Source: Patescibacteria group bacterium (GTDB taxonomy: Bacteria > Patescibacteriota > Minisyncoccia > UBA6257 > GWB1-50-10). From it: a stretch of 64,000 nt of DNA. Both the position numbers and the translations under genes were made by a program. Below the pieces are notes generated by a model. It was not told the origin of the DNA. It saw nothing but the letters and a program-made list of their open reading frames with translations, and made no database searches. This document shows, one piece after another, positions 49,488-61,768 of this stretch. Location of the stretch: positions 2,836 to 66,835 of the forward strand of contig JAMCYI010000001.1 in NCBI GenBank assembly GCA_023474215.1, written 5' to 3'. Positions within the stretch are counted from its first letter, which is position 1, and each line of letters starts with the position of its first letter.

Positions 49488-49629
49488 GGCAACTCTCGAT
49501 CTCTTCCCAAACACGCTGTGCCAAACCCCGGCGAGGTTTGGCCGCTCGCTCTCGGGTTCGCTCTCTCGCTTCGCTCGAACCGTGCCCGTTCACCCTGCGA
49601 GACGGTTTTGTCAGAAATCGAGAGTTGCC
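49488..49629. repeat. palindrome-flanked element family A/B (13-bp perfect TIR GGCAACTCTCGAT), 1 nt after lepA stop
   Basis: perfect TIR; shared internal blocks with 43043..43180 and compensatory internal hairpins. Confidence 0.65.
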
Positions 49630-49677
49630 TAAATTTTGGGGTGGGTGTTTTTGACTCAAGGAAGGGGTGGTGTAAAA

Positions 49678-49988
49678 TGGAGGTAATGAAGTACTGGAAG
49701 GTGATCGTCTTTGTGGTGATCGCGGGAATCGTTGGGTGGGGGCTCTTGAGCCTCTACCAATCACGGAACGCGGCGGACAAGCAGGCAGCCGCACTGAAGG
49801 CCCAATACGACAAGCTCCAAGAGCAGAACCAAAACCTTTCCTCCGAAGTCCAGTATTTTCAAAACCCGGCGAATTTGGTAAAACAACTGAAGGCGCAAAC
49901 GAACTACAAAAATCCCGGGGAAGGGCTTATAATCGTGGTACCGGGATCGACCACGACGACAAGCACGGCAACCGGGACGCAGCAATAG
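49678..49988 (+). CDS. small TM + coiled-coil protein (FtsB/DivIC-like septum-formation-initiator guess)
   Basis: TM VIVFVVIAGIVGWGLLSL followed by Q/K-rich helix; T/S-rich tail. Confidence 0.4.
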
Positions 49989-49998
49989 GCGGATACAT

Positions 49999-50072
49999 GC
50001 GGGATTGGTTTAGTGGCAGAACGCGACCTTCCCAAGGTTGAGACACGAGTTCGATTCTCGTATCCCGCACCA
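49999..50072 (+). tRNA. tRNA-Gly (anticodon CCC), CCA encoded
   Basis: matches bacterial tRNA-Gly(CCC) pattern; anticodon loop ttCCCaa; T-arm acgag-ttcgatt-ctcgt. Confidence 0.8.
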
Positions 50073-50614
50073 AAAGCAGAGCGTCGACCTTCATGGCCGG
50101 CGTTTTGCTTTCTGACGCGAGAATAAGAGTGGGGTCGGGAGAACATTCGGTAGTTAACCCCCATTTCTGTTTTTGATAAACTCAATAAAAAGAAGAAAGG
50201 AACCCGAGAGGTTCCTTAATTTATGGGGGAGGGCAGAAACCCTTTCCGATTTTCAGTTGGTCCAATTCCTGGGATATATGAGGATCCCAGCAAAGACTGA
50301 AAATACGGAAAGGTTCGAGAATTATTTGATAAATAAGAAAGAAATAATAAAAAGATAATTCTCGAATTTGTAACTAGTACTGCCGCAACCTTGGTCCTTC
50401 GTATATAAAAGAGCACTAAGAACTCTCTCAGAAAAAATAATATTGTTATTCTTTCTAATCAAAATCATACTAGACAATTGATAAATTGTCAAGATGGCTT
50501 ATTCTAGTGGAATTGACGCACATCTATCTTATATGGCATAACCTTAGGAGCATTGGGGAGATTTAAAAAGCTATATCATAGAAACCCAAAAACAAAATAG
50601 AAAGGAAAAAGTTT

Positions 50615-51289
50615 ATGACAGGAGATGAAGTTCAAAATATCCTCGAGAACGCCGGGGTATTTTGGATCTACCAAGGCGAACCGAGACCGGAAGCTCCGCA
50701 CGCCCTTTTGACGAGCGGAAAACATTCCAACGGCTACGTAAACGTTGGAGAGGTCCTGAAGGCCTATCCCATCATCAGAAAAAAATTTGCGGAAGCTTTG
50801 CTCTCGACGCTCCCGCCGCTCTGGGAAGGCGTCTTCAACTGGGTCGTCGGATCCGATACCTCCGCGACCGATCTTGCCGAAGACGTTGCAAAATTGGCCG
50901 GTGTCGGTCATATCAAGATGGTAAAAGACAAAGAGGCTAAAAAGCAGATCTGGCACCCCGACAATAAGCGCATCCGCGAAGGGGACACCGTTCTTCACGT
51001 TGAAGAATTGATAACCGTCGGCGGATCTTCGCACTTGGTGCGGGAGGGAATACGGATCGCAAACGACGACATGGTGGAGATGGTCCGCTTCGCGCCTTTT
51101 CTTCCGGTGATCGTCGATCGATCGAGTCCGGGAGACAGAGTCGTTTTTGTGGAACGGTCAAGAGTGCTGCCGCTGCTCCAGCTTTCCATCGAGAATTATG
51201 AACCAGACCTTTGCCCGTACTGCAAAGCGGGGTCCGAGGCCATCAAGCCGAAATTCGGTGATAATTGGTCTCGCCTGACCGGCTCCTAA
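50615..51289 (+). CDS. phosphoribosyltransferase-fold protein
   Basis: VLHVEELITVGGSS PRPP-binding-like motif. Confidence 0.45.
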   Translation: MTGDEVQNILENAGVFWIYQGEPRPEAPHALLTSGKHSNGYVNVGEVLKAYPIIRKKFAEALLSTLPPLWEGVFNWVVGSDTSATDLAEDVAKLAGVGHIKMVKDKEAKKQIWHPDNKRIREGDTVLHVEELITVGGSSHLVREGIRIANDDMVEMVRFAPFLPVIVDRSSPGDRVVFVERSRVLPLLQLSIENYEPDLCPYCKAGSEAIKPKFGDNWSRLTGS

Positions 51290-51295
51290 CTTCAA

Positions 51296-51333
51296 TTGCC
51301 CTCGCTCCAGAGAAAACTCTAGGCGAGGGCTCG
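51296..51333. repeat. imperfect 34-38 bp palindrome gccctcgctccagag aaaa ctctaggcgagggc right after stop
   Basis: inverted arms with 2 mismatches. Confidence 0.6.
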
Positions 51334-51354
51334 TTTGTTCTATATAATCAACAT

Positions 51355-51891
51355 ATGAAAAAGATCGTCATTGCATCGAAGAATCCGGTGAAGATGAATG
51401 CGACCCTCGCGGGATTCAAAAAAATGTTCCCGGATGAGGAATTCGCGATCGAAGGCGTCTCCGTCCCTTCGGGTGTCTCAGACCAGCCAATGACCGATGC
51501 GGAGACCTTCCTTGGAGCAAAGAACCGGGCGGAAAACGCTTCAAAGGAACGGACCGATGCGGACTTTTTTGTCGGTATTGAAGGCGGCGTCGAGGAAAAG
51601 AACGGCGAAATGGAATCGTTCGCGTGGGTCGCGATAAAGGCGAAGGATAACGGCTTCGGCAAAGGAAGAACGGGAACGTTTTTTCTTCCTCCGCGGGTCG
51701 CGGAACTGATAAAACAAGGGAAGGAACTCGGCGAAGCGGATGATATCGTCTTCCAACGCACGAACTCGAAGCAGGAAAACGGCGCAATTGGCATCCTGAC
51801 CGGCAACGTCATCGACCGGACGACGTACTATACGGATGCCGTCGTGATCGCGCTCATTCCGTTCAAAAATAGGGAGCTCTACCTGCTATAA
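51355..51891 (+). CDS. inosine/xanthosine triphosphatase (YjjX-like non-canonical NTPase)
   Basis: MKKIVIASKNPVK N-terminus typical of YjjX/Maf/Ham1 fold. Confidence 0.55.
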   Translation: MKKIVIASKNPVKMNATLAGFKKMFPDEEFAIEGVSVPSGVSDQPMTDAETFLGAKNRAENASKERTDADFFVGIEGGVEEKNGEMESFAWVAIKAKDNGFGKGRTGTFFLPPRVAELIKQGKELGEADDIVFQRTNSKQENGAIGILTGNVIDRTTYYTDAVVIALIPFKNRELYLL

Positions 51892-53387
51892 TGAAACTGA
51901 TGAAAAATGAAGGGGGGTTTTCAAAAATAGTCACTCAGCTCATGGTACTGGGGGTTATCGTCATAGGAGGAGTGGTTTACTTCGCTTTTGAAATGCCGGC
52001 GACAAATCCGCAAGGATCGGCACCAACGGCACTAGGCCTTACTGCGAATCAAATAAAAACGGCGGAATATACGCTGCCTGATTTTGGTGGACCTTTCACG
52101 TTCGACGCAGACGATACCGCAACGACTTCGGCTGTCGAAGGGAAGGGGAGCGCCGGAGCGACTTTGACATATACCGCAACACTCATGAGCGATAAAACGG
52201 CTTTCGGCGATCTGAACGGCGACGGCGCGATCGATGCTGTCGTCCCGGCCGTCGAACAGCTGGGCGGCAGTGGGAGCTTTTACTATCTCGTCGCGTTCCT
52301 GAACGACAACGGAACACCCAAGGAAGCTGCTGCCGTACCCCTCGGCGATCGCATCATCGTGAATTCGATAACCATAAAGGACGGCGAGATTGCAGTCGCT
52401 ATGCTGGATCACGGCCCAAATGACGGCATGGCGCGGGCGACGCTGCCGGTCACAAAATATTTTGTCCTGCAGAACAGCAATCTCGTCGAATCCTCCAAAA
52501 CCCCGCAAATAAACACGACAACAACCGGAGAATCCTCGGCATGGAAAACGTACCTAAACAGCCAATATGGTTTCACTTTTCAATATCCTGAAGGCTGGCA
52601 AATTTCAGACACAAGCGAAATGAAGGACGGGAGAAAATGGCCGAGCGTCAATATAACAAGCCCGCTCCGCTATAACCTGCCCGGATACGACGGAGTGCCA
52701 ACCGAGTATCGAATACTCATCTTCTTCCCTACGGCAAGCGGCACTTCCCCTTCGACTCGGGATATGGAGCCGATAGCCGGCTTCGGGAGTCCGGATCCCC
52801 AATTCGGACATCAATCGGCCTGGAACATAGAAGTACCGCGGAATGTTCTTGAAGCATCAAGCGAATACCAAGACGGTCAGCAAATAATGTCTTCATTCAA
52901 GTTTATCCCTTCGCCGCCGCTTTCCGTCTATCCGTCTCCGAACGGCAAGATAGATGTTTATACCATAACTTCAACCACCCTCGAAAGCATCTTATCCGTA
53001 AACGACGCTTCGACGACCGGTATTCTTTCGAGATTAAATCTCACCTCGGAGGACGGAGAGCACGGCGCCATAGCCGACAAGTTACTATGGACGCCGGATT
53101 CAAAGTTTTTCATCTTAGCGACGCATCTTTCCGGAGGACATATGCCCTGGAGCGAACCCACGTATATCTACGTGGTATCAAAGAATATGTGGTACAGTCT
53201 CGATGATTTTCTCGGCAAGCAAAATCTGGCGGCCGCCGGCGACGTGAAGCTTGCAACCGACGACAAATTGATTTTGGAGCCTTGGATCACGGGTGGAGGA
53301 AGCGGGGAACCGACAACCACCATCATCGATATATCATCCTTGCCATTCAACGAAGTGCAGCCGGTTACTTCCACGCCCTACAGATAA
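51891..53387 (+). CDS. large secreted protein with pilin-like N-terminus (MKNEGGFSKIVTQLMVLGVIVIGG)
   Basis: N-terminus paralogous to 15250..15834. Confidence 0.5.
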   Translation: MKLMKNEGGFSKIVTQLMVLGVIVIGGVVYFAFEMPATNPQGSAPTALGLTANQIKTAEYTLPDFGGPFTFDADDTATTSAVEGKGSAGATLTYTATLMSDKTAFGDLNGDGAIDAVVPAVEQLGGSGSFYYLVAFLNDNGTPKEAAAVPLGDRIIVNSITIKDGEIAVAMLDHGPNDGMARATLPVTKYFVLQNSNLVESSKTPQINTTTTGESSAWKTYLNSQYGFTFQYPEGWQISDTSEMKDGRKWPSVNITSPLRYNLPGYDGVPTEYRILIFFPTASGTSPSTRDMEPIAGFGSPDPQFGHQSAWNIEVPRNVLEASSEYQDGQQIMSSFKFIPSPPLSVYPSPNGKIDVYTITSTTLESILSVNDASTTGILSRLNLTSEDGEHGAIADKLLWTPDSKFFILATHLSGGHMPWSEPTYIYVVSKNMWYSLDDFLGKQNLAAAGDVKLATDDKLILEPWITGGGSGEPTTTIIDISSLPFNEVQPVTSTPYR

Positions 53388-53439
53388 TTTCCCGGTAATC
53401 CACAATTAAATAAACTCCGGATATTCTATAATTATTTTT

Positions 53440-53994
53440 ATGGACAACCTCGTGCCGAAGAAGATGTTCTTTACGAAAGGCGTCGGCCGCCACAAGGAAT
53501 ATCTGCAATCGTTCGAAATGGCGCTCCGGGATGCCGGCATCGCCGAATACAACCTCGTGCAGGTGAGTTCGATCTTCCCGCCGAACTGCAAGCGGGTATC
53601 GAGGGAAGAAGGGAAGAAGCTCCTCCAGCCGGGACAGGTGGTCTTTTGCGTTATGGCCCGAAATGCGACGAACGAACCGAACCGCTTGATCGTCTCTTCC
53701 GTCGGCCTCGCACAACCGTCCGACCCGAACCAGCACGGCTATCTCTCCGAACACCACGCGTTCGGCGAAACGGAGGAGAAAGCGGGGGAGTATGCCGAAG
53801 ATCTCGCGGCAACCATGCTTGCTTCGATCCTCGGCCTCGAGTTCGACCCGAATGCCGCATGGGACGAGCGGGAGCAAGTATACAAATCATCCGGGAAGAT
53901 CTTCAAAACGACCAATATCACCCAATCGGCGGAGGGACACAAGGACGGCATCTGGACGACCGTCGTTGCCGCCGCCGTCCTCATATTCGAATAA
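53440..53994 (+). CDS. pdaD: pyruvoyl-dependent arginine decarboxylase (PdaD family)
   Basis: [12 protein letters not shown]...[13 protein letters not shown]...VQVSSIFPP (Ser-Ser self-cleavage site). Confidence 0.75.
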   Translation: MDNLVPKKMFFTKGVGRHKEYLQSFEMALRDAGIAEYNLVQVSSIFPPNCKRVSREEGKKLLQPGQVVFCVMARNATNEPNRLIVSSVGLAQPSDPNQHGYLSEHHAFGETEEKAGEYAEDLAATMLASILGLEFDPNAAWDEREQVYKSSGKIFKTTNITQSAEGHKDGIWTTVVAAAVLIFE

Positions 53995-54030
53995 CCGACT
54001 CGCAAGGACGAGCGTCACAATTTACAAAAA

Positions 54031-54107
54031 GCGAGCCAAACACCCTCGCGAAGGCTAAGACTTGGGCGTCGCCCCGGAGACAGCCTGAGCGAGGGTGTTT
54101 GGCGAGC
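54031..54107. repeat. palindrome-enclosed element C1: 15-bp perfect arms GCCAAACACCCTCGC around 44-bp core
   Basis: core gcgaaggctaagacttgggcgtcgccccggagacagcctgagcg identical (inverted) to 56131..56175. Confidence 0.8.
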
Positions 54108-54149
54108 TCAGTTGCCTCAAGGAAAATAAAACTTGTATCATATTAATGT

Positions 54150-56111
<1,962 letters not shown>

Positions 56112-56118
56112 GAGCTCA

Positions 56119-56186
56119 CCGGACATCTCCCGCTCAGGCTGTCTCCGGGGCGACGCCCAAGTCTTAGCCTTCGCAGGAGATGTCCG
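56119..56186. repeat. palindrome-enclosed element C2: arms CCGGACATCTCC/GGAGATGTCCG around same 44-bp core in inverted orientation
   Basis: direct comparison with 54031..54107. Confidence 0.8.
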
Positions 56187-56214
56187 ATTCGCTGTGACTT
56201 GTTATAATTGATAT

Positions 56215-56541
56215 ATGAAGATCAACATAGAAAGCACCGGACTGGACTTAACTCCATCCATAAAGACGTACATCGAAACCAAACTTACGCCGCTCGGCCG
56301 GATCATCAAGCGATTCGAGACGAAGGGGGAAATAACCGCCTTCGTGGAGGTCGGCCGGTCCACCAAACATCACAAGCACGGCGACGTATTTCGGGCATCG
56401 ATCGACATCGAAGTACCGGGGAAGAAACTTTTTGCCGAGAATGAAAGCCCCGACCTCCGGACGGCGATCGATATGGTAAAAAACAAGATCAAAGACGATA
56501 TCCAAAAATACAAAGAAAAGTCAACGGACAAACGGAAGTAA
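56215..56541 (+). CDS. hpf: ribosome hibernation promoting factor (HPF/RaiA)
   Basis: MKINIESTGLDLTPSIKTYIETKL... Confidence 0.85.
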   Translation: MKINIESTGLDLTPSIKTYIETKLTPLGRIIKRFETKGEITAFVEVGRSTKHHKHGDVFRASIDIEVPGKKLFAENESPDLRTAIDMVKNKIKDDIQKYKEKSTDKRK

Positions 56542-56638
56542 AATTCGCCATTTGGAACTTGGCTTTGACTCTTGCGAAGTTTAATACTAAACTTCGCTTA
56601 TACTCCTAGGGGGACAAACCGAGGGGAACTTTGCGTGT

Positions 56639-59161
56639 ATGACCGACAAAATCATCATAAAAGGAGCGAGGGAACACAACCTCAAAAACATCAACCTCGA
56701 GATACCGAGGGATAAAATGATCGTCATGACGGGGCTTTCCGGCTCCGGCAAATCATCGTTGGCCTTCGACACCATCTTCGCCGAGGGGCAGCGCCGGTAT
56801 GTCGAGTCGCTCTCAGCCTATGCCCGGCAGTTTTTGGGGCGCCTCGACAAGCCCGACGTCGACGAGATCGAAGGGTTATCGCCCGCGATATCCATCGATC
56901 AAAAGCACCACAGCGCAAACCCGCGCTCGACCGTCGCGACCATCACGGAAATCTACGATTATCTCCGTGTTCTTTTCGCGCGCGTCGGCGTGCCGCACTG
57001 TCCCGTCTGCGGCCGCGAGATCAAAAAGATGACGCAGGAGGAAATTGTCGACATTGCGATCCAAATCTACAAAGAAACAAAAGAAAAAAGGAACATGGTG
57101 ATCTTGGCACCCGTGGTCCGCGGCCGAAAAGGAGAGTACTACCAAATGCTCTACGACTTCTTGAACGCCGGGTTCTCGGAAGTTCGGGTCGACGGCAAGC
57201 TCATGAACCTCCGGGAACGGATCGACCTCTCGCGGTATAAGCAGCATTCGATCGACCTTGTGATCGACCGGATTCCGGGTGGGCTCGATTTTCGGAACAA
57301 GGACAACCGCCTTCGCCTTGCGGAAAGCATCGAAAACGGCTTGAAATACGGCGCGGACGTCGTCACCATCATCACGGACAAAGAAATATCGCTCTCGGCG
57401 AAATATACCTGCCCCAACGACGGCTTTTCATTTCCCGAGATCGAGCCGCGCCTTTTTTCATTCAACAGTCCCTTTGGCGCTTGTGAAACATGCCACGGCT
57501 TGGGTGTTGAAAACCCCTGGTCGGAAAAGATCTGTCCGACCTGCCTCGGCAAGCGCCTTAAGGTGGAAAGTTTGAACGTTTTGATCGACGATAAAAACAT
57601 CGCGGAAGTTACCGCATTTTCCATCGCTCATTCCTTTGATTTTTTCACCAAGCTCGAAACAAAGCTCGAAAAGAACAAGAGCCTCATCGCCATTGCCGAA
57701 GTGCCGATGAAGGAAATCAAGAACCGCCTGAAATTCATGATCGACGTCGGCCTTGAATACCTGCAGCTCGACCGCAAAGCCGGAACGCTTTCGGGCGGGG
57801 AGTCGCAGCGGATCCGTCTGGCATCCCAGATCGGCTCGCGCCTCGTGGGCGCCCTGTACATCTTGGATGAACCGACCATCGGACTCCATCAAAAAGACAA
57901 CGCAAAACTCATTCAAACCCTCAAAAATCTCCGCGATCTCGGAAACACGATCGTTGTCGTGGAACACGACGAGGATACGATCCGCGAATCCGACTACCTG
58001 GTCGACATCGGCCCCGGTGCCGGCATTCACGGCGGGAAGGTCGTCGCGGAGGGACCGATCCCTGCGATCCTGAAAGACAAGACCCAGAAATCCCTGACGC
58101 TCGATTACCTCCGGGGCGAGGAGTTCATCGCCGTCCCCAAAACGAGGCGACCAGTCTCAAGGGCCCACGAACATTTGAAGGTACAAGGGGCGACGGAAAA
58201 CAATCTGCAAAACATCGACGTCGAATTCCCGCTTCGAAGGTTTTCCGTCGTGACCGGCGTTTCGGGGTCCGGCAAATCGACCTTGGTGTACGACGTTCTC
58301 TTTAAAAACCTCTCGAACAAATTCAATAAATCCCATTTCAAAGCGGGACAATGCAAAGGGATCATTGGAACCGAATACGTGAATCGCATTGTGAGCATTG
58401 ATCAGTCGCCGATCGGCCGGACGCCCAGATCGAACCCGGCGACCTACGTGGGCGCCTGGGGACCGATCCGCGATCTTTTCGCCTCAACACCGGACGCGCG
58501 GGTCCGCGGATACAAACCGGGGCGCTTCAGCTTCAACGTCCGGGGAGGGCGGTGCGAGAACTGCGAAGGACACGGCGTGATCGCGATCGAAATGCATTTC
58601 CTACCGACCGTTTACGTCACCTGCGACGTTTGCAAGGGCAAGCGCTTCGACCGGGAAACGCTCGAAGTCGAATACAAGGGAAAAAGCATCTTCGATGTTC
58701 TCGAAATGACCATCGAAGAAGCGACGAAATTCTTTAACGATATCCCGTGGATCGAAGACAAATTGAAGATCTTGAACGAGGTCGGCCTCGGATACCTGAA
58801 ACTCGGCCAATCGGCGACAACGCTTTCGGGCGGCGAAGCTCAGCGCATCAAGCTCGGCGCGGAGCTTGGCAAGCGGGACACGCGGCGCACGCTTTATCTC
58901 TTGGACGAGCCAACGACCGGCCTCCATTTCGCCGACGTCAAAAAGCTCATCGAAGTCCTTCAAAGGCTCGTCGAACGGGGAAATACCGTCGTCGTCATCG
59001 AACACAACTTGGATGTCATAAAAACCGCCGATTGGGTGATCGATCTCGGTCCGGAAGGAGGAGAAAACGGCGGCACACTCGTCGCCACAGGAACACCGGA
59101 AGCGATCTCAAAGAAAGCGGGCAGCTTCACTGGAGAGTACTTGAAGAAAGTTTTAAAATAA
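56639..59161 (+). CDS. uvrA: excinuclease ABC subunit A (840 aa, short)
   Basis: two ABC ATPase modules, zinc-finger CxxC motifs. Confidence 0.9.
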   Translation: MTDKIIIKGAREHNLKNINLEIPRDKMIVMTGLSGSGKSSLAFDTIFAEGQRRYVESLSAYARQFLGRLDKPDVDEIEGLSPAISIDQKHHSANPRSTVATITEIYDYLRVLFARVGVPHCPVCGREIKKMTQEEIVDIAIQIYKETKEKRNMVILAPVVRGRKGEYYQMLYDFLNAGFSEVRVDGKLMNLRERIDLSRYKQHSIDLVIDRIPGGLDFRNKDNRLRLAESIENGLKYGADVVTIITDKEISLSAKYTCPNDGFSFPEIEPRLFSFNSPFGACETCHGLGVENPWSEKICPTCLGKRLKVESLNVLIDDKNIAEVTAFSIAHSFDFFTKLETKLEKNKSLIAIAEVPMKEIKNRLKFMIDVGLEYLQLDRKAGTLSGGESQRIRLASQIGSRLVGALYILDEPTIGLHQKDNAKLIQTLKNLRDLGNTIVVVEHDEDTIRESDYLVDIGPGAGIHGGKVVAEGPIPAILKDKTQKSLTLDYLRGEEFIAVPKTRRPVSRAHEHLKVQGATENNLQNIDVEFPLRRFSVVTGVSGSGKSTLVYDVLFKNLSNKFNKSHFKAGQCKGIIGTEYVNRIVSIDQSPIGRTPRSNPATYVGAWGPIRDLFASTPDARVRGYKPGRFSFNVRGGRCENCEGHGVIAIEMHFLPTVYVTCDVCKGKRFDRETLEVEYKGKSIFDVLEMTIEEATKFFNDIPWIEDKLKILNEVGLGYLKLGQSATTLSGGEAQRIKLGAELGKRDTRRTLYLLDEPTTGLHFADVKKLIEVLQRLVERGNTVVVIEHNLDVIKTADWVIDLGPEGGENGGTLVATGTPEAISKKAGSFTGEYLKKVLK

Positions 59162-59165
59162 GTTC

Positions 59166-60023
59166 ATGAAATCGAAAACCATCGGCTTGGCGCTCGGGGG
59201 CGGGGGAGCGAAGGGTCTCGCTCATATCGGCGTTTTAAAAACCTTCCTCAGGGCGGGATTCAAGATCGATTACCTTGCCGGCACATCCATGGGCTCTCTT
59301 GTCGGGGGGCTTTACGCCGCAACCGAAGACATTGATTTCATAGAACGAACGTTCCTCGACATAGCCGAGAATTATTCCTTCCATCGAAAACATTTGAGAG
59401 GAAAAAAGAACCTGCTCTTTACGGACGAAGAGACGGTCGAAAAAATGCTTTCCCAAAAGATCGACGGACTCGACGTTAAAAATACCCGGATCCCGTTCAA
59501 AGCGATCGCAACCGATGTGAAAGACGGGGACGAAGTGGTCATCGACAAAGGAAGTTTGGTAAAAGCCATTCGGGCAAGCTCGGCCCTCCCCATTGCCTTC
59601 CCGCCCGTCGAGATCGACGGGAGACTCTTAATGGACGGCGGTTTCGTAAATCCCGTTCCCGTCGATATCGTGAAGAAAATGGGGGCCGAATACGTCATCG
59701 GCGTCGACGTCTCGAGCAAATGGCCCGACATCGAAGACGAACACTTTTCTCTTTCCGGGATCAAATCGACCATCGTCGATGCGTTTTCAGCGCTCGAATA
59801 TCAAGTCGCCAAAGAGAAGGTCAAGGACGCCGACTTCATGCTCCATCCGCCGGTTTTAAGCTTTCATTGGGACGACTTCCGGAATGCGAAGGACATCATT
59901 CAAATGGGCGTCAATGAAGCGACAAATAGCATTCGCGAGATCAGGGAACGAACGCATTATCCGAAACCGGTCAAAAAACCCCTCCAAAGCTTCATCGACT
60001 TCATTTCGGGAAACGACCTGTAG
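59166..60023 (+). CDS. patatin-like phospholipase (RssA-like)
   Basis: GGGAKG, GTSMG (GxSxG), DGG motif. Confidence 0.85.
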   Translation: MKSKTIGLALGGGGAKGLAHIGVLKTFLRAGFKIDYLAGTSMGSLVGGLYAATEDIDFIERTFLDIAENYSFHRKHLRGKKNLLFTDEETVEKMLSQKIDGLDVKNTRIPFKAIATDVKDGDEVVIDKGSLVKAIRASSALPIAFPPVEIDGRLLMDGGFVNPVPVDIVKKMGAEYVIGVDVSSKWPDIEDEHFSLSGIKSTIVDAFSALEYQVAKEKVKDADFMLHPPVLSFHWDDFRNAKDIIQMGVNEATNSIREIRERTHYPKPVKKPLQSFIDFISGNDL

Positions 60024-60028
60024 CGCCC

Positions 60029-60166
60029 GCGAGAATTCACTTCTCGGAACCGGGCGTTCTTTCGCTCCGGCGGCGAAAGCCGCCCTGCGTTCTCGGCGGA
60101 AAATCCGCCCCACGGGCGGAACCGAGCTTTTTCGCCTCCGAGAGCTTCCTCGAAGTGAATTCTCGC
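60029..60166. repeat. element D with 15-bp perfect TIR GCGAGAATTCACTTC, 5 nt after patatin stop
   Basis: perfect TIR; internal hairpins (ctttcgc...gcgaaag) and repeated cggaaccg. Confidence 0.7.
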
Positions 60167-60206
60167 AGGCTTGATTTTAATTGGGAAAAAGGAAAAATTA
60201 TAAACA

Positions 60207-61394
60207 ATGAATCTTTATTCGAAACTTCCGGAAACTCCGGGCGTCTACATCATGAAAGATGCGGCGGGGAAAATCCTCTATATCGGCAAGGCCGTCAATG
60301 TGCGGCGGCGGGTTTCGAGTTATTTCACGCGACCGCATGATGCGCGGATCGAAGGGCTCGTCCGGGAGATCAAAACGATCGATTTCAAGAAGACCGATAC
60401 GGGAATTGAAGCACTGATCCTTGAATCCGAGCTTATTAAAAAACATCAACCTCCCTTCAACATCAAGGAAAAGGACGACAAGAGCTTCTTATACGTCGAA
60501 ATGACGGGAGAAAGGTTCCCACGCATATTTTTAGCGAGAGGGAAGGACAAACCGAACGGCAAACGGTACGGTCCTTTTACATCGGCCTCAAGCATTCGCG
60601 AGGCGCTCCGGATCATAAGAAAAATTTTCCCCTACGCGACGCACCCCGAGCCGAAAAAACCGCAGGCGAGGGCCTGTTTCGACTACCAAATCGGTCTCTG
60701 CCCGGGAACGTGCATCGGTGCGATCTCAAGGAAGGACTATTTGAAAAACATCGAGAACATCGAACTCTTCTTCGGAGGCAAAAAGGAACGGATCATAAAA
60801 AACCTCGAGCGCGAGATGAAAACGGCAAGCAAGGCATTGAACTTCGAGCGGGCAGGAGAATTGAAGCGCCAGCTTTTTGCCCTCCAGCACATCCAAGACG
60901 TAGCAGTCATCTCTGATGATAAAATCCAAAATCCAAATGACAAATTCAAAAAAACGACGCGAATCGAAGGGTACGATATCTCAAATATCAGTGGAGCTTC
61001 TGCTGTTGGATCGATGGTCGTTTTCACGAACAACGAACCGGACAAAAAAGAGTATCGAAAATTCAAAATTAAAACGGTTTTTCAGCCGAACGATTTCGGC
61101 ATGCTTCAGGAGGTCCTGGAACGGCGCCTCAAAAATAACTGGCCGTTGCCCGACCTTTTCCTTATCGACGGCGGCAGGGGACAGGTGAGCGCCGTCCGCG
61201 GGATCCTTGGCAAAGCAGGGATCAAAATTCCGGTCATCGGCATCGTGAAGGGCCCGGAACGAAAGCGAAACGACATCATCGGAAAAATCCCGTCATTCAC
61301 CGATCTTCAGATCCTCATAAAAGTACGAGACGAAGCTCATCGCTTCGCCATTACGTACCATAAAAAGGTGAGAAGCCGCGAATTTATGAATTGA
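60207..61394 (+). CDS. uvrC: excinuclease ABC subunit C, short form (GIY-YIG + UVR + endonuclease; no C-terminal HhH)
   Basis: GVYIMKDAAGKILYIGKAVNVRRR GIY-YIG; UVR motif ERAGELKRQLFALQ. Confidence 0.8.
   Translation: MNLYSKLPETPGVYIMKDAAGKILYIGKAVNVRRRVSSYFTRPHDARIEGLVREIKTIDFKKTDTGIEALILESELIKKHQPPFNIKEKDDKSFLYVEMTGERFPRIFLARGKDKPNGKRYGPFTSASSIREALRIIRKIFPYATHPEPKKPQARACFDYQIGLCPGTCIGAISRKDYLKNIENIELFFGGKKERIIKNLEREMKTASKALNFERAGELKRQLFALQHIQDVAVISDDKIQNPNDKFKKTTRIEGYDISNISGASAVGSMVVFTNNEPDKKEYRKFKIKTVFQPNDFGMLQEVLERRLKNNWPLPDLFLIDGGRGQVSAVRGILGKAGIKIPVIGIVKGPERKRNDIIGKIPSFTDLQILIKVRDEAHRFAITYHKKVRSREFMN
60921..60955. repeat. heptamer-periodic A-rich repeat (AAAATCC AAAATCC AAATGAC AAATTCA) in-frame in uvrC
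   Basis: direct reading. Confidence 0.7.
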
Positions 61395-61764
61395 GGTATT
61401 TTTCGAGAGACTCGACGGCCTTGCTTTTCACCACATCGCTCTTTTCATCGGTCAATCCTTCACCCTTGAACGTAGCCGAATTCAACTTAAAGAGGATGTG
61501 CCGGGCCAACAGTTCGGCGTCTCCTTTCCGGTCCTCTTCCTCCAAGCTTTTCAGCTTCGTCATAACCCGGGCATCCAAATTATGCTGCAAGATGCCGACA
61601 TTCCCGGCATTCATATGCCCCAAGTTCTCTTCCTCCCCCGCGAACTCCTTGATAAGGTCTTCAGCGACCTCATCAGGGGAAAACATCTCCTCCTCAAACC
61701 CCTTGAATTGTTCCGACATAGTACGGACACTATACCACTTTTCCGATAATCCGGCAAGAATCAC
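61384..61764 (-). CDS. hypothetical protein (126 aa)
   Basis: ORF; acidic. Confidence 0.4.
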   Translation of the reverse strand: MILAGLSEKWYSVRTMSEQFKGFEEEMFSPDEVAEDLIKEFAGEEENLGHMNAGNVGILQHNLDARVMTKLKSLEEEDRKGDAELLARHILFKLNSATFKGEGLTDEKSDVVKSKAVESLEKYLNS

Positions 61765-61768
61765 CCGA

